Shown: positions 39,945 through 54,786 of the stretch, piece by piece
Layout of the letters: each line of letters begins with the position of its first letter
Numbering within the stretch: position 1 is the first letter of the stretch
From: Octopus sinensis
Taxonomy: Eukaryota
Reading direction: 5' to 3'
Length of the DNA stretch: 64,000 bases
Assembly (NCBI RefSeq): GCF_006345805.1
Contig: NC_043001.1
Coordinates: forward strand, 60,574,001 to 60,638,000
Position numbers and translations under genes: made by a program
Notes under the pieces: model-generated
What the model was told of the DNA's origin: nothing
Seen by the model: only the letters and a program-made list of their open reading frames with translations
Databases searched by the model: none

Positions 39945-40383
39945 CCCATCATGGCTACCTGTCTGATAAGGGTACACTAGGCACATGCATCACAACCATA
40001 TGTGCGCAACATGGTGATCTCATATCAAGATAAAGAGCACATGACCTTGCAGGTGGGGCCAAGTTTCTTATTGTCGAGTAACACATCCCGCGCAAAATGT
40101 CCCTGAATAAGGACTGTTTAAGGACGTTGAAAGAAACACCCATGTTTCCAAACCCCAAAGTATCCCTCTCAACACATGGCTATGATGCTCCCCCAATACA
40201 TCTGCTCATGAGCAGAGATGCACATATCGTCAGTCACAAAGGGACATGTTCAACTGGTTAAGGTCAAACAACTGACAAGCAAATCTGTGGTATTGAGCAG
40301 AATATTTGCTGTAGCCCATCTTTTATACTAAGACAAAACAATGTACATGATAAAACTTCCAATCCGTTAAGATCAGAAGCCAT
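39945..40383 (-). mobile_element. Unclassified ~450-530-bp interspersed repeat, copy 1
   Basis: Homologous to 54069-54545 and 60752-61283 (TTCTGATCTTAAC...GGGGGAGCATCATAGCC). Confidence 0.8.
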
Positions 40384-40399
40384 TATTATTATTATTATA

Positions 40400-40444
<45 letters not shown>

Positions 40445-40686
40445 GTTGCTGTTGTTGTTGTTGTTGTTGTTGTTGTTATTATTATTATTATATTATTATT
40501 ATTATTATATTATTATTATTATTATTATTATTATTTTATTATTACTATTATTATTATTACTATTATATTATTATTATTATTATATTACTATTATTATTAT
40601 TATTATTACTATTATATATATTATTATTATTATTATTATATTATTATTACTATTATTATTAGTACTATTATTCTTAGTATTATTAC

Positions 40687-40723
<37 letters not shown>

Positions 40724-40738
40724 GTATATTATTTATTA

Positions 40739-40775
<37 letters not shown>

Positions 40776-40809
40776 TATGATATTATTATTGTTATTATTG
40801 TTATTGTTA

Positions 40810-40870
<61 letters not shown>

Positions 40871-41465
40871 TATTATTACTATTATTATTATTATTATTAT
40901 CTATTATTATATTATTCTATTATTATTATTATTATTATTATATTATTATTATTATTACCATTATATTATTATTATTACTATTATTATATTATTATTATAT
41001 TATTATTATTATTACTATTATTATATTATTATATTATTCTTAGTATTATTACTGTTAGTATTATTATTATATTATTATTATTATTATTATTGTTATTATT
41101 ATTATTATTAATTATTATTATTATTATATTATTATTATGATTATTATTATGATTTATTATTGTTATTATTGTTATATTATTATTATTATTTATTATTATT
41201 ATTATTATTATTACTTATTATTATTATTACTATTATTAATTATTATTATTATTATTACTATTATTATTATTACTATTATTATTATTATTATATTATTTTA
41301 TTATTATTACTACTTATTATTATTATTATTACTATTATTATATTATTATTTATTATTATTATATTATTACTATTATTATTATTATTACTATTATTCTTAG
41401 TTTATTACTGTTATTATTATTATTATTATATATATTATTATTATTGTTATTATTATTATTAATTA

Positions 41466-41501
<36 letters not shown>

Positions 41502-41704
41502 TGTTGTTGTTGTGTTGTTGTTGTTGTTGTTGTTGTTGTGTTGTGTTGTTGTTGTATTATATTATTATTATTATTATTATTATTTATTATTATTATTATT
41601 ATTATATATTATTATTATTATTATTATTATTACTATTATTATTATTACTTTATTATGATTTATTATTATTATTAGTTACATTATTATTTTATTATTACTA
41701 GTAT

Positions 41705-41735
<31 letters not shown>

Positions 41736-41940
41736 ATTATTATTATTACTATATTTCTTAGTATTATTACTGTTATTATATTATTATTATTATTATATTA
41801 TTTTGTTATTATTATTATTATTAATTATTATTATTATTATTATTATATTATTATTATTATTATTAATATTATTATTATTATTATTATTATTATTCTATTA
41901 TTATTATTATTTATTATTGTTATTATTGTTATTGTTATTA

Positions 41941-41983
<43 letters not shown>

Positions 41984-42116
41984 TTATTATTACTTATTAT
42001 TATTACTATTATTTTTATTATTATTATATTATTATATTATTATTATTATTATTACTTATTATTATTATATATTATTATTATTATTATTATTACTATTATT
42101 ATTATTATTATTACTA

Positions 42117-42152
<36 letters not shown>

Positions 42153-42242
42153 TATTATTATTATTACTATTATTCTTAGTATTATTACTGTTATTTTTAT
42201 TATTATTATTATTTTATTATTATTATTTTATTATTATTATTA

Positions 42243-42278
<36 letters not shown>

Positions 42279-42298
42279 GATATTATTATTATTATTTA

Positions 42299-42334
<36 letters not shown>

Positions 42335-42352
42335 TATTATTATTATTATTAC

Positions 42353-42384
<32 letters not shown>

Positions 42385-42413
42385 TATTATTATTATTATT
42401 ATTATTACTATTA

Positions 42414-42449
<36 letters not shown>

Positions 42450-42526
42450 TATTATTATTATTATTACTATTATTATTATTATTATTATTATATTAGTATT
42501 ATTATTGTTATTATTATTATTATTAC

Positions 42527-42600
<74 letters not shown>

Positions 42601-42664
42601 ATTATTATTATTATTATTTTATTATTATTATTATTATATTATTATTATTATTGTTGTGTTGTTG

Positions 42665-42699
<35 letters not shown>

Positions 42700-42703
42700 G
42701 TTG

Positions 42704-42741
<38 letters not shown>

Positions 42742-42760
42742 GTTATTATTATTATTATTA

Positions 42761-42819
<59 letters not shown>

Positions 42820-42820
42820 T
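40381..42820. repeat. 2.4-kb degenerate (ATT)n array with higher-order ~360-bp blocks
   Basis: Marker TTCTTAG at 40671, 41037, 41394, 41755 and 42173. Confidence 0.95.
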
Positions 42821-43548
42821 TTCCTTCTTTCTTCATATTTTCTTCCGTTTCTCGCCGAGTATTTTACGTACACCTAGGGCAGAGTAGCTCATTGTATGCA
42901 TTCCCAGATTACACACGCAAATTCATAGGTAAAATATGTATTTAAAAAATTAATGAATAAATATATTCATGAATGGATGTTGTTTTCACAGCGACAATGC
43001 TCTTTTCAGTACATGCGCCGTTCCTGTTAACACGATTTTTTGCACTTCCTGTAGGAATGGTAAGCATGGTATCATTTTCAAATAGGTTTCAGTACCTTTT
43101 TTAACATTCCTAGAGATCCTACTGGTACTGTAGTCGTCTTGAGATGCCACATTTTTTTCACTTTCTATTGGCAGGTCTTTATATTTACTAATCCTGTCAA
43201 ATTCTTTCGCCGCTATATTGTGATCGCGAGGAATACTCATGTCAATTAATAAACACAGCATCTTTGTCTGATCTTTTATGATATTATCCGGTTTATTAGC
43301 TTTTATAATTTTTTCGGTATGTACGGGTAAGTCCCATAGAATCGACACATTTTCTCTCTCAGTCACAACTTCAGGATGGTGTTTATGCCATTTGTCAGCG
43401 TTTTGATTTTATGATGCCGACTCTGTCAAGTCTCTACACGCTGAGATTAGGTGGTCTATTGTTTCATTCTCATCGCTACAGAATCGGCATTTTGGATCAG
43501 CTCCATTTTTTTATCACATTGGCTTGGTAGTTCCGGGTTAATAAGCCT
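42821..43548 (-). mobile_element. Dong/R4-clade LINE 3' fragment (CCHC plus restriction-like endonuclease)
   Basis: ILWDLPVHTEKIIKANKPD...LLIDMSIPRDHNIAAKEF...KYKDL...VQKIVLTGTAHVLKRAL. Flanked by (ATT)n on both sides. Confidence 0.9.
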
Positions 43549-43564
43549 TTATTATTATTATTAA

Positions 43565-43606
<42 letters not shown>

Positions 43607-43779
43607 CATTATTTTTATTTTTATTTTTATTTTTATTTAGTTTTAATATGAATTTTTCATACAATCACTTGCCGTGATGCTCCTAGCGTCCTAGGGCGAG
43701 TGAAGGATAAGAGAAATTACAATATGACTGAAAGCTTGGGGAGGGAATGTAGCAGGGGCTGTAGCGAAATATATTCATG

Positions 43780-44330
43780 TAATACAACAGAGACACTTCA
43801 ATAGATAGGCTTTTTCGAAGTGGACTATAATTGTCAGCACGATCTTTTGTATTTCGCTGAGACATCCATCTCCTGGGATATTATCTAGATGCTTTTGACA
43901 TCCCTTTTTATATAGATACCTATTCGTTGTAGGTCTGCTTGATATAGCAAACGGATACGTTGCCTCTGTCTTATATCACAGCTCGAACAATTGTCGTGCT
44001 CAAATTCAGTCTGCCTGGCTTCCAACACTCACTCTTCGATTTTCCGGGACGCATTCTGCTAGTTATGCCCTCAATTTGCAGTGCATATGCACAGAGTGAA
44101 GGTTTGGCCACGCCGTGGCTGATTATCTTCCGATGTGTGATTTATCCCGCATTTCCTCGGCTATCATACTTGCCAAACTCACATTGCCAAAAATTGTATA
44201 TTTAACACATCTTCAATCCTTGAGAAAGCAAGAGCAAGGCACCGCGTATGGCATCTGCAATATAGACATGTTCTCACAGTCCACAGTCATGCACCTAATG
44301 TAGTCGTTGGAAGTTCCACATGACGTTCTA
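43780..44330 (-). pseudogene. Degenerate Dong/R4 C-terminal fragment
   Basis: KGCQKHLDNIPGDGCLSEIQKIVLT matches the Dong C-termini elsewhere in the window. Confidence 0.6.
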
Positions 44331-45271
44331 CAGGGTAGCAGTGGCAGGGAAAAACAACGAAATCTGATTGTCCACAATAATTAACTGAATTTCAGGAGGA
44401 ATTTCAACTCGGCCCTATAGTTAATTTCAGGAAATCGTTGGCCAAGCAGTGCCACCGTGAACATTGCCATTTTGAGTTCACCTCGACAAGCACAGAAGTA
44501 CTATCAGCCGAACCTATCCGCGTTGCGTGTAGAGCTACAAAACTGTTTTGCACCCAACCGTCCAAGTGCCGAGCATTGCTGAATTATAAGTTTATATCGA
44601 ACAGCTATAGTCATATATTTTAAGTACATATGTTAATTTTTTATCCTTTTCAATTCTCAATAATTCTGTTGATATGCTACTCACCCTTCTTCAATATCAT
44701 CTTCCAGCATAATCTTCTCTCAGCCAAATTCAGCATTCGTTCTCTCCTGGAACGATAGTAAAACTAACTACAGCCTTTACTAATAATGCACACCCTCTGA
44801 CACACTTGTCTTTCATGTGTTTTATTTTGCTCTAGATTCATGCTCTCTTATGCTTTTACTCTATTTTCCATGGAAACCTTTTGCGTAACTTGCAGTTTCC
44901 ATATCATCATAATCTCATCAACTTCATAGCTAATGCACACGCGCGCATGAGAGCACACACACAAGCAGTCAATTGCTGTATATCCCTTTAATTGAATTTT
45001 CGTTAAGATCATGACTCTTCATTTTCTGATAGATGAGAAACATGATTTCGTGATTTACAATGTAGAAGAGAGCTTACAATGTCAATGATAGTGATATTTA
45101 CATGCATCACGATGAGCGTAACTGGTTTACGCGATGACACCTTTACTATCCATGTATGCGAATATTCAATATTTGTAAAATACACACGCACACACACACA
45201 CACACACACACTCACGCACACATATACACACACACACACGCACACACACACATACACACACATACACACAT

Positions 45272-45376
<105 letters not shown>

Positions 45377-45526
45377 AAAAAATGGAGTTAACGCAGGTGT
45401 AATCAAATATTTTTACTTTCGACACATGTTTCGAAAATTCCACTGATACTATTGCGAGATTTTTGCTGCCCTGGTAACTATTTATTTATTTTCCGTGTTA
45501 ATTGTTAACAAGGTAAAATACACTCA

Positions 45527-45585
<59 letters not shown>

Positions 45586-45702
45586 TATATATATATACAT
45601 ATATATACTAGCTCGACTAAAATTCCGCATAGCGGTGCCCCAGCAGGGCGGCAGTCTAATGTCCGTAAAAAGATATTTATAGTAAAAAGATACATATTTA
45701 TA

Positions 45703-47090
45703 CTAGCAGATATACCCGCAGTTTGCCGGGTTAAGTAGAATAAAGAAATTTAAAAGCGCCGTCTAAATTACGCAAGTCTCAATTGCTAGTAGATGAAATG
45801 CCAACATTCTACATTAATAACACTCCAAACCATGCTAGCATGGAACATAGACGTTAAGTGAAATGTTAAATGACAGTTTGCAACTCATATATGTATATAG
45901 AATAAATACACGTAATTCAAAATCACGTTTTGTGTAGCTTATTTCGTAACCAAAAAACAGCATGAGATTATAAACAATAAAAGGTCGATTTTTGATGATT
46001 TATTTGACAAAGGCAGTAGAGAGCCAATCCAATGATAAATCTGACCTTGGATCTTGAAAGTTTTCATGTATCATGCTCAGTTAAATCTACTGTTGCTCAA
46101 ATGATGCTATCTGTAGTGCAGCGTCGTATTGCTTAAATTTGTTTTGGAAGTGCATATAATCTTGCTCAGTTGATGATAACAGTTTCTTTAATGGCTCCGG
46201 CGGCTGACAAATTGCAGGGAGTTTAACCTTTCCACCACTGTAGCACAGTGCAGGTGTCTCTCCAGGCCACTTTCTTGCTTTATAATGTATGCACTCAGTT
46301 GTCATTGCAAGATTGGAAACTCTAGTGTCATCTGCATAATCATCTGCTGGTTTAAAATTGAAAGCTGCTTCATAGAAGTTGCATCTCTAAGCTGCTGCAA
46401 CTTTTCTTCGTTCTGCAATGCGGATCCTATTCCTTGTCAACCATGCATACCTCAGTTCATCACTTTGAGATGCTCTGTCTTTTGTGGTGCAGAGACTGTT
46501 CACTTATTTGTATGCTTCCCTTTCTACAGCTGTCTCTCTTTCCCTGGACAAAGATTCATTTGGCTGACTTTGATATTAGAGATAAATTTGACATTTTCCT
46601 TCTAGGGATAGTTATATATTTACACAGAAATACACGGGTGCAGAAGATAGTAAACAGTGAACGGAAATTATATTTCTTAATACGACGGGCAGAACGTAAA
46701 TAAGAAAGTTTTGAGATAATAAGAATTGTACGGGTTGGAGCGAAATTTGTCACTAAATGAACCAAAGAGCCAAGTATCGACGGAACCAGAAAAGATCCGT
46801 CAACAACTGAAAAATACAAACCCGTTGCATATGTAAATAAAATTTTATAGGGAAATTTACGTATTTAAGTGAAATTTTTGAAGTTATTTCTGTCAGTAAA
46901 TTATGAAATTTCTTTTATCAGTAATTCCGTAAAAAAAAAAAAAATAATAATTTGTAGGCAAATTTAACGCTATGAAGAGTCTAAAACCATCTCTGAAACA
47001 TAAGTAATATATCGTCCCAGTTTGGGAGAAAATCAGTTAAAAATACAAACACAAACACATACGCACACAGAACGGGGTTTATATTATAGA
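45703..47090 (-). mobile_element. Internally deleted Helitron with both termini
   Basis: 5' A|TCTATAATATAAA at 47090. 3' hairpin ACCCGGCAAACTGCGGGT then CTAG|T at 45703. Rep N-terminal remnant AAFNFKP..MTTECIHYKARKWPGET..GKVKLP..PPEPLKKLL (46087-46400). Confidence 0.88.
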
Positions 47091-47320
47091 TATACGACAT
47101 GCTTCTTTCACTTTCCGTCTACAAAGCTATTCACAAAGTATTTGTGGACCCGAGGATATAGAAGAGATGCACGCAATGTGCCACGCAGTGGAACTGAAGC
47201 CATGTGGTCTGAGAGCAATCTTCTCTATTTCATTAAATTTGCGACAAGGGCAGTACAGAGAAGCAATGTGGGCTGGACATTAATGAGATGAGGAATGATA
47301 TGTATGAATGTAAAAAATGG

Positions 47321-49090
47321 GAGGGGTATTCGGTGCCCGCCAACCGAACACCCCTCGAAATCACACTTTCTTAACAATATATAATAATTTACAATATATC
47401 AATATACATCAATGCTATTCAATTACAAAAATTAATCACAAAAAATAATCCTCGTCCGAACCCCCACACAAATACCCCACCGACATCAGACAAGCCTGCA
47501 TCGTTGGGGCGGAGTCCTCTACTAGGAAGGTATAACTATCTATTGAGAAGGTCCCCATGACTACATCAACTTTTCTCTATTTATGACCTCAGCAGCTATC
47601 TGCTGTGTCCACTGTTGATTGAATGTGCATGTCGAGAATCTACGTTCCTGGTCGCACAAACCTTCCAAGAACACATCCACGCCCACCCCCCTCATGGTAA
47701 AATAGGATAAGCTCCTCTTCCGATTGAGAAGGGACCTGTCTGCTCCGTCAGTGACACAGTTCTCACTGACGGAGTCTCTCGTGCCAGCGGTGCGCACTCC
47801 GCTGGCACTTCAGTCGGCGGCACATGGCCATCCACCGACTGTCCCCTGCTCTTCCTTTTCCTCTTTCTCTTAGAGGCTGCGGGGACAGGGGGCAGCGTCC
47901 GCAGACGCGGGGGATCACTATCTTCCTCCACCGCCTGCGCCGCCTGTATATTCTTTGGTGAGCAAGGCAACTTCCACCACCACTTCCACCGTCTTCCTCT
48001 CCAATGGGGGGTCACCTTTTCTTTTTTCTGCTCCAGGGCCTTACCACGCCCCTGGGGGCAGTTCTTCCTAATATGGCCAGGTGACACTTGGGGGAGGCGG
48101 TCCTCAAGTATCACCGGTTACACTGCCATTTTTAGGAAGTCTGCGAATATCATATCTCCCACGGCCACCGGTATCCACAGGGTCAAAGTTGCTTTTGCCC
48201 CCTCCCAGTCGGCCGCAGGATGTATATTTACACTCAATAGCCTGGGCCCGCTATCCCCCAGGCCTCGCCGGATGGTATCCTCGATCCATCCCGCCTCCGT
48301 GCCTGAGTGCAGCCCGCACACCCAGGCTCTTCTTATCTTCCTCCCATAATAAGTGGGGAGAAACAAAATCTCGTTCCCCTCAGGGGGCTTGCTGGCAAAT
48401 TTTACTAATTTCCTCGAGAGTAGCAAACAGCAACCAGACTGTTGCAAATTTGGTCTCCCCGAGTGATAATTTTTACAGTTGGCAGGTAGTCTGCCAACTT
48501 TTTCTCAATGATTTCCTTGTTAAATTGAACGATGGTGGCAAGTTACCTAGAATAGGTCTTCAGCACCACCGTTCTTTTTTCGAAGTTTTTCAGGCACTGC
48601 TTTGGCGGGACAACCTCCCAATCCAAGCCAGTGGTTCCATTTTCTTTGCCTTGTTGTAAATAAATTATATAAAGTTCTAAAAAAAATCCATAAAATAAGG
48701 CAAAGAAAACAAGCAACAAAAGGCCCCAAACAGAAAAGAAAAGAGAAAACAGTTCAAGCAGAAAAACGGGAAAAAGTCAAAAATGAAGTAAACACAAAAA
48801 ACAACAGTTCAACGCAGCTAAAAATCTTCAGGCCACGCAGGGTACTCCAGGCCCAACTCCATGCAGTAGCTTTAGAATTCTTCAAATAAAACCAATGTTT
48901 AGATAAATTTTCAAGAAATTCCAGCTTGTTATGGCGTCCAAGAAACGCCATAACAACAAAACCAAACAACAAAAAAACAGACAACACTCGACGGTTTCAC
49001 CATTCTTCACAAGACGGAGCTAAAAAAAACTCACGACTTCCTTGTTCAGCTACATGAAGCGGACCCAACACGCATGCGCAGAAGCAAGCT
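47321..49090 (-). mobile_element. LINE-like element with degenerate gag-like ORF1 and no visible ORF2
   Basis: T-rich leader, then RTVVLKTYSR..KEIIEKKLADYLP..FATLEEISKFASKP..FLPTYYGRKIRRAWVCGL..GHIRKNCP (partial zinc knuckle), then AT-rich tail and terminal hairpin. Confidence 0.6.
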
Positions 49091-49145
49091 TCTTACTACA
49101 CAGCCACGCATACATACCTGTTTATCTATAGATCGATCGATCAAT

Positions 49146-49203
49146 CTAGATAGATAAATATATAGATAGATAGATAATAAGTAGGTAGATACGTAGATAG
49201 GTT

Positions 49204-49289
<86 letters not shown>

Positions 49290-49290
49290 C
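49146..49290. repeat. (GATA)n microsatellite
   Basis: Direct read. Confidence 0.97.
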
Positions 49291-52200
49291 ATCAATATAG
49301 GCGAGGCGGGCTGGAAAGCTTCTGGCTTTGGATAAAGCAAACAGGAGGATCAGTTATTAATGATAAGATAAATTATGAATTTGGCATAAAAAGATTATAC
49401 TTCAGTAATCTAACGGACAAGTGAAGATGAGACGACAGCTCGTACTCTCACAATCAATAGACAGATCATGCCTTCTTAATTAACAATTCTCACTGCTTAA
49501 GTTATAATAATTTTGATGAAAATGGGAGAACTTCATGGCTGAAACACATTTCATTTTACATGTGTTTACTCAGCACCTCGCTACATACACCTCGCTATTG
49601 CTTATATTCAAGGAAATTGAGAGAAACTGGAGTCGCATGAATTCATATGCTATTCTCATAAATACCCCGTCAGAAAACTAAAAAAAAACATATCATACGG
49701 TTAGCTGACTAAACTATCTCTTTGGGTTAGGTTCATAAGCAAATATGGCTACTGCCTTTGTCATCTGTTGCCAAGCGTTCTGTGGCACTCATCTGAAACG
49801 TGTTATGCTTGAATGTAGTAAGTGAAGAAATATGTTTGTGTTGTGCAATAATATTTCATTGTGGTAATGAAACAATATAAAAACTGAAATTGCCAATGAT
49901 AATTATTGTGGGGTGAGGTATTAATCGATTATAGCCCGTCCAATGTAAATCTTATTGAAACTGAATGCATGAGAGGCAAACGCGATGGTAGATGAATATT
50001 AAATCTGAAAATATGTATCCTTATTTCATTAACAGAAGATGATTTCTTCAACACTCCATCAATTCTATAACATAATAATTTATTATGTACGGTCAGTGTC
50101 AGAAAAATTGGAGAAATAAATATTATTTAAAAGTTATTTGTTTGAATATTGTACCGGTTCTACAAAACAATTCTTGTAACAAAAATCTGATATTGTGCTG
50201 TCATAATAACTAGCGTATGTAAGCTGGCAAAGGCTTGCTGATAATTAATCCAACCTTAAATCGCAAGGTGGAGGCTTTCATAGATATTTTCAAAAATATC
50301 GACACTCTCATAAGCAAGGCATGTACAGCTGCCCGCGACTATGCTAAGAGTGTTATGCAAATTAACTATAGCTACCGATAGACCAGTACTGCTACTACTA
50401 CTACTACTACTACTACTTCCACCACTACTACGTCTACTTGTAATAGTTGTTGTTGTTGTTGTTAATAATTAGATATTCCTCTTAATTATCGAAGAACGTC
50501 TTTATAATTGAAAAGCGTTAATGATTTTAGTAAGGCGCCATATAATATGCTACGCAATCCTTACTTTTTCTAATATCACAAATAACAATCGTATATCTTG
50601 CAAGGTTTCTTGAATTGCCCCCCATCTCCCCAAAAATGGACCAATGTATTTCAAATATAGCAAACTTTAACAGCATAATAATAATGTGCCTTATGAAAAT
50701 AGGCTTCGCGACACTAAAGAAGAATAGTAAATTATAGATTACGCAGAACAAACCGAAACGAATATGTACCATTCGGCTTAAATATTTATTTCTATGCTCC
50801 AGTAGAATATATAAGGCATTAAAGGAAAAAAAGTGAACTGGAAGATTACTAACATAATTCATGAAGTGAAAACATTCCGAAACAATATAAGAATGTTTAG
50901 TCTGAAGGGATCTCTCAAGGGATCACATATGGCTGCACGTATAAATTGAAGCTAACAACATTCCAACCAATGTTAAAATCGTAGAAGGTATCGATAAAGA
51001 ATTCAATGTAAAATATTTGGACAGATATAAATGAACAACTCGCAATATAATTTCTGTACTAATAACAAGTAATAATGAAGAGAAGGTAAATAAATCGGAA
51101 AGAAGGATATTAACAAAAGCAGGAAGAAAATCTACAAGCATTCAAATATTCATAGATCCTTATGTAACTCTATTTTTCTGCCTTTCCTTTAAATGTAAGG
51201 CCTCCTTTTGGAGGATTATTAACTGAAATTCTCAACCAGCAAATCTTAATTGCACAGTATTATATATTTCATTTAATGGATAAAAGTCGTAACCACAAAT
51301 AAATAAAGTGCATAAAACTCCAAACAAGTTGCAACAGTAGTGCTTCGTTGAATTTGCTAAAGTACATTCATATCACCACAAAAGCTTTTGCACAATAATG
51401 AGATGCCATTATATAATTGTTTAACAAAGGCAATTCATGCCTATTCATGATGCTGAAGTGAGCATACAGGTCGCCGTTATACATAACCACGTTCATATAC
51501 ACGCAGTTCCAATTACATGGGAAAATATTATCAGCATACAGTGGCTATAGCGAGAAATTTCATTTGTAATATAAAATTACCAATGATATTAAAAGCACTA
51601 GTCTTGAGCGAAAGCTCTTGGTTCTCAAATATCTTTGCAAAGGTTTTACGTTAAGCCAGTTATTGGAAGAAACCCACATCCCTGTAAATATTATAGCTTA
51701 CTGAATTAAAAACAATATCGTCTTTTATTCTTACAGTCTTGTCAGTTTTTATTCAAAATACAAAATAAAGACAATTCACGGCAACATAGAGATAAACCTG
51801 TTAGTTCTGAATGTTTAACTTAAATAACCCACTAAAAGCACATTGCGTCATCACAGTTTGGCGAAGAGACAAAGGATCCACATGCAAAATATATTCGAAG
51901 CAGATAATTCAAATTAACCTTTTAAAATGGATTATTATTGCAGCAACAAATATACTAATGAATATACGCCATGGGCATTAATTCTAAATTATCCTTATCC
52001 AAATATTGTCACCGAACTCTCGGAACAGATTGTCATAATGCTTACACCCATACTGAAAATAGTAACTGTGCTATTATGACAGTCTATATAATGCATGGTA
52101 AATGCAAAGGAATGGAGCTCATATTAAAACTGGAGGTTGTGAATCGACAGATGTACATATATATCCTCAAGTCTGATTAGTCTACAGTTTTGCTGCAGGT

Positions 52201-53492
52201 AGATCATGTTTAGCTATGAAAATTAATCAGATGATGTACCTTGAATATGAAAATTTCCCATATAGTGGATCTTCAAATTCTTGCAGAATAAAATGTTGTT
52301 TTCTCATTAAAGACAGTTTCCTTGTCATTCAACATATCTTATACCTATCTTGTTTAGGAACAATACTGGATAAAGCTAAAATCACAAATTATAGAGATGG
52401 AATAGATGTTTATATACCAATTCGCTACAATTTTACTTTTCTTCGAAACCATTAATTTGTACATGTTATATTCGAGTATATTTGGTAGGGCGAAGCACAC
52501 ACATATAATTGTCATTCATTATTTAGTGGCAAATAAGAATTCATGGGGAAAGATTTTGCCTGATAATTTAAGAAATAAGGACAAAGCAGACAACAAGTAT
52601 ATTTGTATATTCGCAGAAGATTTGCGACTCAATAATGAGGTGGGAAATCTAAATAACTCCATGGTGAAAATATCATGTACCATGTACAACTTCCGCACAC
52701 ACGTGATTAGCTTTTACAAAGCGGAACAAAAGAATTATGAATGTTGTTACTACGCAACACATTAATACCATTAAAATTCCATCTTCAAAAAGGAACAACT
52801 GGTGCTTTTGCAGATGAAGGTCGAGTAGCTCAGTATTACTTAAATTTTTTAACATCACAACTATACGACCACAGTTCATAAACGTCAAACGTGAAACCCC
52901 AATAATCGTAAAACAAACCAAACGTATAAAGTTTTTGTATGCAGCGCAATTATTCATATAAATTGATTGTTCTTCAATCAGAAAATATGTTAGTAATTTC
53001 CTGTATCAGCCTAAAACATCCGATACATAAATGCCATTTATTTTTAGAAAGCGCAATACATTATCAAACACACAATTGTCAAATCAATAAACAAATACCA
53101 AAGGCAAAGCTCAATAAACAGCAGAACTTACCTTACAACGGTAATGTGCATTCAATTGAAAAAACTAAGTTACTATGAGTAAAGTAAATTTAGGGATTCG
53201 GTTTACCGAAAAATATATATTCATTTTAAAGTAATTTTACAATATCAAAGTAACTTCACAGGCTTTCCAACGGGAGGAATTGAAAATTCAGAAAAGGTTT
53301 TCCAAACATATTTGTAATTTTGTGTGAGTGTGAAAGTATATAGAAATAGGAAAAAAACTCAAAAATTCATTTTTCTCTTAAAATAGGAGCGTTTTATATA
53401 CGATTACTATTCATTTATTTGTTGAATACGCAGCTATAATTTGATGGTGCAAAAAAGGCTTATCTTTTTCGGGAATAAATTTTTGGATTTTC

Positions 53493-53501
53493 ATAATAAA
53501 C

Positions 53502-53543
<42 letters not shown>

Positions 53544-53635
53544 GTGACGACGACGATGATGATGATGATGATGATGACGATGATGATGATGATGATGATG
53601 ATGATCATGATGATAATAATAATAATAATAATAAC

Positions 53636-53678
<43 letters not shown>
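53493..53678. repeat. Compound (AAT)n(GAT)n(AAT)n microsatellite
   Basis: Direct read. Confidence 0.97.
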
Positions 53679-53680
<2 letters not shown>

Positions 53681-54045
53681 GACCTACTCATTGAAATTGA
53701 GAAAATGTGGCATCTCAAGGCGGTTACAATACCAGTGATCGTAGGAGCACTAGGAATGATCAAGAAGGGAACCGAAAATTATATGAGAATGATTCCTGGC
53801 TTACCATCCCTGCAAGAAGTGCAAAAGATTGTCTTAACTGGTACATCACACGTATTGAGAAGAGCATTGTCGATGTGAGAACTGTTGCTGCTCATGTATT
53901 TTAATTTAACTTTAAAAAAAAAAATTAACGAACTACTGAGTTTGGTTTAATGGCCTACCAATATACACTATGAGTTTCTTTGCCCTAGGAGTCGGGAAGA
54001 CACTCGGCAAGAAATGGAAGAAAATTTGAAAGAAGAAAAAAAAAG
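53679..54045 (+). mobile_element. Dong/R4 LINE extreme 3' fragment in (AAT)n
   Basis: KDLLIEIEKMWHLKAVTIPVIVGALGMIKKG...VQKIVLTGTSHVLRRALSM*, then 3' UTR and (AAT)n. Confidence 0.9.
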
Positions 54046-54068
54046 TAATAATAATAATAATAATAATA

Positions 54069-54545
54069 ATACCTCTGATCTTAACTGATCGATCAGAAGT
54101 GCTGTCACGTACATGTTTTCCCTTGGTATAAAAGATGGGCTACAGTAAATTTTCTGCTCAATACTGTCACTTGTTTGACCATAAGTAGTTGAGCATGTTC
54201 CTTAGTGGCTGACGATAGCTGCGACTCTGATCACGATCAGGAGTAGCGGGGGAGCATCAGAGTCATGTACTGAGATGAATTCTTCAGGCCTTGAATAACT
54301 CACCTCTGGAAGCAAGGGTGTTTTTTGATCATCATTCTTAAACACATATTATTCAAGAACCTTTTGAACGGAACGGGCTATTCGACGTGAAGAGAATTCT
54401 AACTGAATCCCACATGCGAGGCCATGCGTTGTTTACCTTGATAGGAGGTAACTATGTAATGAAGCATGGTAGTTATGCATGTGTCTGGGGCACACTTATT
54501 AGAAAGAGAGTCATTTTGATGGCATGCGCTGATATCTAATTCACT
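54069..54545 (+). mobile_element. Unclassified repeat, copy 2, flanked by (AAT)n
   Basis: Homologous to 39945-40383 and 60752-61283. Confidence 0.75.
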
Positions 54546-54576
54546 ACTACTACTACTACTACTACTAGTAATAATA

Positions 54577-54635
<59 letters not shown>

Positions 54636-54786
54636 TCATGTAAGATCGATTAAGCACTGCTCCGAAATCGACCCCAAAACATCGGGAAGAAAGGCAACAA
54701 ATGGGGCCTAAAATAACTGACAAAGTTTTGAAATATATCTGAGTAAGTAATACTCATTAAAATGTATGTCTATTTTCCGAATGAAA

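Noticed and set aside
41803-42945. 380-aa ORF
   Set aside because: Pure (ATT)n translation.
53441-53878. Poly-N/poly-D protein
   Set aside because: A trinucleotide array fused in frame to a Dong C-terminal fragment.
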